A stretch of 64,000 bases of DNA from contig JBDRRF010000049.1 of NCBI GenBank assembly GCA_043825875.1, positions 27,904-91,903 of the forward strand. The letters are read 5' to 3'. Shown piece after piece: positions 31,110 through 38,277 of the stretch. Position numbers and translations under genes: made by a program. Numbering within the stretch: the stretch's first letter is position 1; the number at the start of each line of letters is the position of its first letter. The DNA is from Pseudomonadota bacterium (lineage in GTDB: Bacteria > Desulfobacterota > Desulfobacteria > Desulfobacterales > RPRI01). A model generated the notes under the pieces. That model was not told the DNA's origin. It saw only the letters and a list, made by a program, of their open reading frames with translations, and made no database searches.

Positions 31110-31416
31110 ATGAATGATAAATATGGTCGGAATGAAATTCTTTCATACCTGCAAGAAAACAAAGACCGGCTTTGCAGTAAATTTTCTCTCGAACGAATTG
31201 CCCTTATCGGTTCTATTGCGCAACGACTATACGGATGGAAGCGATGTGGATTTAATCATACGGTTCCGGTCTGGTACGGAACGGATTCATGATTTAAAGC
31301 AACAGTTAAGAGAAGAACTTGAATTGGTGTTTGGTCGGCCGGTCCAGCTTGCATCAGAAAAATACTTGAAACCATATTTTCTACAACAAATTTTAAAGGA
31401 TGCCATGAATGTTTAA
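31110..31416 (+). pseudogene. Frameshifted minimal nucleotidyltransferase (MntA-type antitoxin)
   Basis: One frame reads ..ERIALIGSIA and continues in another as RNDYTDGSDVDLII..LELVFGRPV (GS..D.D motif split near 31218). Confidence 0.82.
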
Positions 31417-31509
31417 AAATGATCTGAAGTTTGACAAATCATTCAGGACGATATCCTGCCACTTAATACAAACATCAAAAGCCCAATAGAAGCTTTTCAA
31501 AACACTTGA
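31409..31509 (+). pseudogene. Internally deleted HepT/DUF86 toxin remnant
   Basis: An overlapping start MFKNDL joins directly to EV*QIIQDDILPL, a DUF86-type C-terminus with W changed to stop. Confidence 0.55.
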
Positions 31510-31544
31510 AAAGGAAACTTCCGAACACAGGGAACTTTACATTT

Positions 31545-31582
31545 TTAATCATGTATGATTTTCTCCGGCAAACCGGTTTTGC
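31545..31582 (-). pseudogene. 3'-end remnant B of the same unidentified gene
   Basis: Encodes KTGLPEKIIHD*, matching KSGLPDK and KQGLADK of the other remnants. Confidence 0.5.
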
Positions 31583-31676
31583 TTTCAATAGTGAATGAAA
31601 ATTATTGAGATTGAATACCGGAATTCCGTTTACAGAATACATTTAAATTAATTTTTTCAGCAAAAAGGACTCAGGA

Positions 31677-32063
31677 ATGGACAAAGGACATGAAGAATGG
31701 TTAAAGCAATCAGAATACGACATAAAAACTGCAGAAGCCATGTTTGTTGCCAAAAGGTATATTTATGTTGTTTTTATGTGCCATTTATCCATTGAGAAAT
31801 CCCTTAAAGGTCTGTATCAGAAGAAGCTTGAAAAGCTTCCACCGAAAGTTCATAATCTTCTTTTTCTTATTGAGACTGTTGGTTTGAAATTGCCGGATAA
31901 TTTATACGAGGCGGTTTTTTCTCTCAATCGGGCAAGCATTCCGACACGTTATCCTGAAGATCTGAAAAAAATGCAAAAAGACTATCCAAAGCGTATAACC
32001 GAAACATTACTTGTCCAGAGCAAGGAGGTGTTGAAATGGCTCAAAAAAGAGCTGAAGAAGTAG
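31677..32063 (+). CDS. HEPN-domain protein
   Basis: EWLKQSEYD..TA, FMCHLSIEKSLKG, PPKVHNL..L and TRYP; overlaps the downstream MNT gene. Confidence 0.9.
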   Translation: MDKGHEEWLKQSEYDIKTAEAMFVAKRYIYVVFMCHLSIEKSLKGLYQKKLEKLPPKVHNLLFLIETVGLKLPDNLYEAVFSLNRASIPTRYPEDLKKMQKDYPKRITETLLVQSKEVLKWLKKELKK

Positions 32064-32368
32064 TCCAATTTTTATTTGATTGCTTAGAAGAAAAAAAACT
32101 GAATATCTCCAAGATTATTATCTTCGGTTCACAGGCTAAAGGCACAGAAACGGAAGAAAGTGATATCGACATTATTATTGTTTCAGAAGATTTTAAAAGG
32201 AAGAATATTTTTAAGCGCGCTGATATGACAAAAGATGCCGAAATCAGGACAATCAGGAAATTCATGGTTCCTCTCGACATTATTACTATAACACCGGAAG
32301 AGTATGAGAATAAGACATCTCTTATCGCAGAATATGCGCATACAGGGAAAATTGTATATGCAAATTAA
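32036..32368 (+). CDS. Minimal nucleotidyltransferase (HEPN-MNT pair)
   Basis: IIFGSQAKG...ESDIDIIIVSEDF and PLDIITITPEE. Confidence 0.9.
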   Translation: MAQKRAEEVVQFLFDCLEEKKLNISKIIIFGSQAKGTETEESDIDIIIVSEDFKRKNIFKRADMTKDAEIRTIRKFMVPLDIITITPEEYENKTSLIAEYAHTGKIVYAN

Positions 32369-32421
32369 ACTTTAGATTAGAGCATTATTGTAAACAGTCC
32401 CATATCCTCTTTCCTATTTAA

Positions 32422-32583
32422 TCAGTTATTCCCTTTATCCGCCAAACCTTGTTTGCCGCCAAGTTCATTGCTTGCGATAGGTTGGACATCACGACAGCAT
32501 TTATCTATTTGATGGACAATGCGGGTAATCATGCTTTTATCAAGCGGTTTGCTTTTGTTTGACTTAATTTTAATTTTCTGCCG
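32422..32583 (-). pseudogene. 3'-end remnant C of the same unidentified gene
   Basis: Encodes ..KPLDKSMITRIVHQIDKCCRDVQPIASNELGGKQGLADKGNN*. Confidence 0.7.
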
Positions 32584-32585
32584 AA

Positions 32586-34019
32586 TTAGCGACCAAGGCG
32601 AAATTCAACTACTTCGCCTTTTGATTCTTTAAGCGTCTCGGAAAATTGAAGATACGGTTCCTGAGAATCCTGGCCGGTATCATACCCTATTCTCTGAGTT
32701 TCATTCTCAGGATTTTTGCCTCGAACTGCAAAATTTTCAATTTCCTTTTGCATAGAAGATTGATTCTGTTTGGATGCAATTGCAACATAGAAGCGTTCCT
32801 CGTTTAACTCTTCGTCAAAAAAATATTCAGCCGGAGATGGTGGAATCTCAACAACTTTGCCCTGTTTTACAGGATAGTCTTGGCGGCCTGATAATATTTC
32901 TTCAGGTCTTGGCCATAGCAGTTCAATATTTTTACCGGGTTTTTTATGGAATATATAAAGGTTCCCGTCCTGACCGGGCATAACCTCAAAACGGAATTTA
33001 TCTCCCTTCACAAATGGGTGGTCAAATTTTACTATGCGAGTACCATTTTTCCGGATCAATTGGACTGCAATCTTTGACCTGTCACCATGTGGTTTCTTGG
33101 TATCAGTTTCCCCGGAGATCATATTTACCTGCGGTTTATCCTGTTTTCTGTCACCCGTTGCCGAAAAATTATTTTGAGCCGTGTTATTCAGCTTATCAAG
33201 CGGACGAAATTTGTAAGCAAGAACTACAATGCCCTTGGCCTCTATTACCATTTTCTTATCAGTATCAAGCCGAAGCTCGCTGCTGATCTCCGCAGCCTGC
33301 TCATTCTTATCATTTGATTGGAAAATTTTGTCAATTTTTCTAAGAGCATTTTCTTCAATGTTTTTTCGTGCTTCGGCAGAGGTGCCGCTTTTCCAGTTGA
33401 TTTCAAAAATGATAGAATCGGCAACAACTGCTTCCTGAATCACCTTAATCCAGCCAAGCTTGTCTCCATCAGCTAAAGCATTTCTCAAATCATTTACACA
33501 TTGGTCGGAAAATTTCCTTGATATATCAAGCTTTGCAAAAACTATCGATTGTATGTTGCCAAATTTGAGCGAATAATCTGCTACTGTTTTACTGTCAAGT
33601 GCAAGATCAGGTAAGAGCGCTGCCATACTTTTAGCGCCTGCTTTAAATTGTGCAGAAGATGATCCAATATAGTCAGGAAGAGTAAAAGGCGCTTTAACAG
33701 GTTCTTTGTCAGGAAAACAGTCCTTTCCGGAAAGAACAAGGATAGGAATATCAAGCGGCACTTCCTTGCCGTCTTGCATTTGTATAACCTGAATTATATT
33801 TCCCGGCAGATATATTCCTGAAAAACCATGGTTGACGGTATAGCCCTTTTGCTCCAAAAATTCAAAAACATCATCAAGTCCCTGCTTTTGAACGTTTATT
33901 TTCATCGAATAAAACAGATATAGAACAATGAACAGCATTATAATTCCGCCCCAGATCAACAAAACCTTACGGATCTTATTTGTATTTTTTTTTGAACTTG
34001 ATTTATCCTTTCTTGCCAT
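32586..34019 (-). CDS. Membrane-anchored gasdermin-like domain protein with C-terminal DUF4384-like domain
   Basis: Basic N-tail and TM (aa 19-37). Aa ~47-275 carry bacterial gasdermin-like motifs (FLEQKGY..YLPGNII; KVIQEAVVADSIIFEI; MVIEAKGIVVLAYKFRPL). Aa ~316-417 match DUF4384 (F..GDKFRF....DG.LYIF......LLWP, EIP, E.FYV). GGAG RBS present. Confidence 0.68.
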   Translation of the reverse strand: MARKDKSSSKKNTNKIRKVLLIWGGIIMLFIVLYLFYSMKINVQKQGLDDVFEFLEQKGYTVNHGFSGIYLPGNIIQVIQMQDGKEVPLDIPILVLSGKDCFPDKEPVKAPFTLPDYIGSSSAQFKAGAKSMAALLPDLALDSKTVADYSLKFGNIQSIVFAKLDISRKFSDQCVNDLRNALADGDKLGWIKVIQEAVVADSIIFEINWKSGTSAEARKNIEENALRKIDKIFQSNDKNEQAAEISSELRLDTDKKMVIEAKGIVVLAYKFRPLDKLNNTAQNNFSATGDRKQDKPQVNMISGETDTKKPHGDRSKIAVQLIRKNGTRIVKFDHPFVKGDKFRFEVMPGQDGNLYIFHKKPGKNIELLWPRPEEILSGRQDYPVKQGKVVEIPPSPAEYFFDEELNEERFYVAIASKQNQSSMQKEIENFAVRGKNPENETQRIGYDTGQDSQEPYLQFSETLKESKGEVVEFRLGR

Positions 34020-34046
34020 GAAAATCTCCTCTCTAAATCTTCAGTT

Positions 34047-37000
34047 TTATAACCAGTTACCCATGAGTATAAATGGCGCCCAGTAATATGGATGCGAATA
34101 TGAAGTAGCTTTACTGGTTTCGTCTGAAGTATTTGCAACTTTCTTGCCGGTTGAATATCCGATTCGTTTTTCTTTGGAACCGCTCTTTTCCTGTCCGGCC
34201 AATCCCCTGATAAACTGAATCTGTGTTTTTTGAAGAGCTTCAGCCTTGGTAAGCCCTTCTGAGGTTCGCAGGGCATACATGGTCTTCATAAACAATCCAG
34301 TACTTCGATCCGCCACCGGCCAGAGAGTAGCAAGCACTCCTTTTGCACCTTTGTTTTGTGCCATAGCGCCAAACCCTTCGATTTCCTGGCCTTTGGCATT
34401 TGAACCCATGGCTGTATTGCAGGCGGAAAGAGTAAGTAGATCCACATTCGGGAAAGCATATGTATTTCTGATTTCTAACAGACTTAACTTTTTACCATCA
34501 CCCAGAATCAGGTTGGAAAGCGACTCATTGCCTGGTTTGAAATCAAAATGACTGGCAATATGCAGAACCGGATAAGCCTCTAATAATGCATCCTGCAATG
34601 CCTGGATAGTAAATTTTTCATCAAGAGAAATAGTACCGGCAAGTACGCCATCCTGATCAGTATTGTTTTCGCGGACTATCCCCTCTAACTCGTTTTTGAC
34701 AGATGGCAGGGCACAAAAGCCTGGAACCGCTTTTGTTATCCCTAATCCTGCTACTCGCCATTTTATTTGCTTTTGATCATTTTTCAATTTATCTCTTGCT
34801 GCTTCGGTAAATAACACCAGTTGAAACTCTTCGGCCAGATACTTATTGCCGTCATGCAGAGCAGCCATCGGCATATAACGCAGTGCTCCGTCCAGGGAAA
34901 GCATGATAGTACCAGCCTTGGCCTGATGCAGATCATCAATTACCGGCCCCAATAGGTATCCGTATAATTCCCTGGCTGATGGTAGTGGATCACTTTTGGG
35001 ATTGCTGATAGTGTCTCGGAAGGAAAATATCTTTCGATTCAAATCTTTTTCGCTAATAGGATACTCTCGTGCAAGCTGAACATTCGGTGTTGTGAGTAAA
35101 ATTCTAAGCTTATCTTTCAACATAAAAAAATGAACCAGCACAGCTCCATGACCAAGATCTTTCAAAGTAGACTGAAGCCCGGTAAGAGTTTTTAAATTTC
35201 TGGCAAGAATCTCATCTCTTTGCTCCTGGCTTATATTGCCAATACCTGCTATAAGTTCATCCACACATTTATTAAAAGCCTTAATAGCATCCGGAAGGAT
35301 TTTGAACTTTAGTGTACGTAACTGTTCTTTTTCATCAGCAGACAAATTTCCTTTTTTCTGTTTTTCCTCAAGCTCACCAACCTTATGTCCCAATGCAGCC
35401 AAATGGTCGCTTATTTTTTCATATCTCTTCTTAAAACTTTCTTCCTCTTCGGTATATTGAACTTGCGTCAGCCTGTTGTCACTTGTTGAATCCCGCCGGA
35501 TAAAATCAAAATATTCCTCTTCCTTGAGAATAGCCAATACCTGAGATGCTTCGGCCAGCCTCCCCTGATCAATGAGCAGGTCAGCAAGGCCCTTATAGAC
35601 ATACTCCTTCGTGAGCAGGAAACTTTTTTGTGTTTCTTTCTCAAGGGATGCAATATTCTGACGCATTTGTTGTATGCTATTAACCGACTGTTTGCCAAAA
35701 AAGATAGCTGCTTCGGGTTTATCAATACCTGCGAAAACAATACATAACCATTCTTGAATTACTCTAAGCGTATCTGGCTCTCCTCCTTGCTGTGCAATTA
35801 GAAGAGCTTTTTTCAATAGTATTTCTGCTTCTAAAAAGCGGTCAGTATGATAATACAATACAGCCAGATTGATCATGCTACAAACTATATCCGGATGATC
35901 TTCACCAAAAACCTTTTTATTAATTTCCAATGCTTTCTTATACATGTGTTCAGCCTCATCGTAATGACCTATATTACTATAGAAGATAGCCAGATTATTC
36001 ATGCCTGTAGCTACATCCGGGTGTTCTTCACCAAGGATTCTCTTTCGAATCTCCAAGGAATTCTTTAATAAGGGTTCCGCATCCTCAAAGCGTTCCATTT
36101 CAACATATAATAAGGCCAGATTATTCATAGTATAAGCTACATTCGGATTCACTTGACTGTATATTTTGTTACATAGTGCCAGAGATTTCTTAAATAAGGA
36201 TTCGGCATCCACATAGCGGCCCATTTCATGATATAACAAGGCCAGATTATTCAATGTATTAGCTACATCCGGGTGTTCTTCACCAAGAGTTTTCCTGCGA
36301 ATTTTCAAAGCTTTCCTAAACAAAGGTTCTGCATCACCGTAACGTCCTGTTGCATAATACAGTGATGCCAGATTATTTATACTATGAGCTACATCCGGAT
36401 GTTCTTCGCCAAGAGTTTTCTTGCGAATCTCCAGGGCCTCCTTAAGCAAAGATTCGGCATCACTATAACGTCCTTTATGCATATTAATAGCCAAATGCGA
36501 ATGTTTATCTCCAAGAACTTTCTTGCGAATCTCCAAGGCCTGTTTATACAATGATTCAGCTTCATCATAGCGGCCTGTTTGATAATACAATGCTGCCAGA
36601 TTGCACATACTTTCTGCTATGTCCGGGTGCTCTTCACCAAGAGCTTTCTTGCGAATCTCCAATGCCTGTTTATACAATATTTCAGCTTCATCATAGCGAC
36701 CTGTTGAATCATACAACACTGCCAGATTATCCATACTTGTAGCTACTTCCAGGTGCTTACTACCGAAAACTTTCTTGCGGATCTCCAGAGCCCGCCTTAC
36801 CAATGACACCGCTTCATCATAGCGGCCTGTTGAATCATATAACCTTGCCAGATTACTCATGCTTTCTGCTACATCCGGGTGATCTTCACCAAGACTTTTC
36901 GTGCGAATCTCCAAACCCCTTTTCGCTAAAGACTCACCCTCAGCATAACGCCCCATTGAATCATATAATTTTGCCAAATTATTCAAACTGGCAGCTACAT

Positions 37001-37430
37001 CCAAATTATTATCTCCAAGAAGCTTTTTACGCATTTCTAATGCACTTTTATGCAAAGTTTCAGAATCACTATATCGGCCGGTTTTTTCATACAACACCGC
37101 CAGATTGTTCATGCTGGCAGCTACATCCGGATGCTCATTGTCAAATATTTTCCTACGAATATCCAGAGCATGCTTATACAAGGGTTCAGCTTCGCCGTAA
37201 TGGCCTGTTGAATAGTACATTTGTGCCAGATCATCCATGCTTTTAGCTACATCCGGGTGTTTATCCCCGAGGGTTTTCTTATTAAGTGCCAAGGCTTGCT
37301 TCAATTCTTTAATTTTTTGTTGTGAAGAAGGAACAATACCTCTACTGGATGATTCCTGAGCCTTTGCATATAACGGTATTAAAAAGATAATAAGAATTAT
37401 CAAACCAAATGAGTTGAATACTCTTTTCAT
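34047..37430 (-). CDS. Signal peptide + TPR array + CHAT (caspase-like) protease
   Basis: Sec-type leader ending AKA-Q; 42 aa TPR repeats; CHAT motifs SLDGALRYMPMAALHDG, LHIASHF (His), LTLSACNT (Cys), LATLWPVAD and HPYYWAPFILMGN. GAGGAG RBS. Confidence 0.93.
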   Translation of the reverse strand: MKRVFNSFGLIILIIFLIPLYAKAQESSSRGIVPSSQQKIKELKQALALNKKTLGDKHPDVAKSMDDLAQMYYSTGHYGEAEPLYKHALDIRRKIFDNEHPDVAASMNNLAVLYEKTGRYSDSETLHKSALEMRKKLLGDNNLDVAASLNNLAKLYDSMGRYAEGESLAKRGLEIRTKSLGEDHPDVAESMSNLARLYDSTGRYDEAVSLVRRALEIRKKVFGSKHLEVATSMDNLAVLYDSTGRYDEAEILYKQALEIRKKALGEEHPDIAESMCNLAALYYQTGRYDEAESLYKQALEIRKKVLGDKHSHLAINMHKGRYSDAESLLKEALEIRKKTLGEEHPDVAHSINNLASLYYATGRYGDAEPLFRKALKIRRKTLGEEHPDVANTLNNLALLYHEMGRYVDAESLFKKSLALCNKIYSQVNPNVAYTMNNLALLYVEMERFEDAEPLLKNSLEIRKRILGEEHPDVATGMNNLAIFYSNIGHYDEAEHMYKKALEINKKVFGEDHPDIVCSMINLAVLYYHTDRFLEAEILLKKALLIAQQGGEPDTLRVIQEWLCIVFAGIDKPEAAIFFGKQSVNSIQQMRQNIASLEKETQKSFLLTKEYVYKGLADLLIDQGRLAEASQVLAILKEEEYFDFIRRDSTSDNRLTQVQYTEEEESFKKRYEKISDHLAALGHKVGELEEKQKKGNLSADEKEQLRTLKFKILPDAIKAFNKCVDELIAGIGNISQEQRDEILARNLKTLTGLQSTLKDLGHGAVLVHFFMLKDKLRILLTTPNVQLAREYPISEKDLNRKIFSFRDTISNPKSDPLPSARELYGYLLGPVIDDLHQAKAGTIMLSLDGALRYMPMAALHDGNKYLAEEFQLVLFTEAARDKLKNDQKQIKWRVAGLGITKAVPGFCALPSVKNELEGIVRENNTDQDGVLAGTISLDEKFTIQALQDALLEAYPVLHIASHFDFKPGNESLSNLILGDGKKLSLLEIRNTYAFPNVDLLTLSACNTAMGSNAKGQEIEGFGAMAQNKGAKGVLATLWPVADRSTGLFMKTMYALRTSEGLTKAEALQKTQIQFIRGLAGQEKSGSKEKRIGYSTGKKVANTSDETSKATSYSHPYYWAPFILMGNWL
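35800..37262 (-). repeat. About 12 tandem 126 bp TPR-coding repeats (kinesin-light-chain type)
   Basis: HPDVA.S.NNLA.LY...GRY.EAE.L.K.ALEIRKK.LGE recurs; GCTACATCCGG and TTGCGAATCTCCA recur at 126 nt spacing. Confidence 0.9.
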
Positions 37431-37520
37431 TTTGACTTTTCTCCTCTGCGTTATTTCAATTACAAATAGAAAGAAGATTTATTTACATTTAATCCGTAGT
37501 CTCTATTGGAATCTGCGCTA

Positions 37521-37565
37521 CAAACACAAAAGCCCCGTACTTCAATTATATGAAGATCGGGGCTT
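37521..37565 (-). terminator. Intrinsic terminator-like hairpin in the leader of the CHAT operon
   Basis: Minus strand AAGCCCCG-ATCTTCA-TATAAT-TGAAGTA-CGGGGCTT followed by TTGTGTTTG. Confidence 0.6.
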
Positions 37566-37826
37566 AATTGTATCCGGCCATATTAAATCCTTTTAAAAGT
37601 GTAGAATTAAAATGAGATAGCGGATTATATACTCCTGGAAATACCTAATAACTCAACTTGTATAGTGAACAACAATACATGATTTTCGCTAACACTTTGC
37701 TTTGGTTAAATCAACTGTATTTTATATAGAACTGTAGAATTATTGATTCACTATTTTGATTAGATAGCCTGAATAATCTGAGATTTCATATAGACTGATT
37801 TGTGTTTTGTATTGTAAGGATATTTT

Positions 37827-37908
37827 CTATGGAAAAAGCTTATATAAATCTCTTTGGTGGGCAATTCGGTTGCAGATTACAATTTTATTATGTTTATATA
37901 ATGTAATC
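37827..37908 (-). pseudogene. RelE/ParE-type toxin C-terminal remnant
   Basis: Encodes ITLYKHNKIVICNRIAHQRDLYKLFP*, compared with the RelE-type R..HR.DIY..FP; the N-terminal part is missing. Confidence 0.6.
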
Positions 37909-38104
37909 TGTATTTTAACGACTGATATAATTGTTTCGCCTCATGTATGGAAAGCTGTTCATCATCGGCTATTTCATCCATCAGCTTTACCAAACCATGG
38001 TTTTCGATGATTACCTCTATAAGTTCAAATTCCCTGATAGGAATCTGAACTGCTATGGGTTTTTGATTTTTATCAAAAACGATATTTTTATGTAGTTCAA
38101 GCAT
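37877..38104 (-). CDS. Putative antitoxin (RelB-like partner), C-terminus altered
   Basis: IVFDKNQKPIAVQIPIREFE...LMDE..DDEQLS..EAK; directly upstream of the toxin remnant. Confidence 0.6.
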   Translation of the reverse strand: MLELHKNIVFDKNQKPIAVQIPIREFELIEVIIENHGLVKLMDEIADDEQLSIHEAKQLYQSLKYRLHYINIIKL

Positions 38105-38277
38105 TCAGACCTCTGATTTAGGATTTTTTTATCATGTTTTTATTACACCGCTTATATTAATCTTAAATACTTATAATATGTTTACAGATATTTTGCAATA
38201 TTGAAGAATATTTTACGACAAATCATGGATTTTGAAGAAGAAAAAATAAATCCTAACATTCGTTAAAATGCTCAATG

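Noticed and set aside
34047..37430. TPR-CHAT as a type III-E CRISPR Csx29/Craspase component
   Set aside because: There are no cas genes or array in the window, and the protein has a signal peptide and kinesin-light-chain-type repeats.
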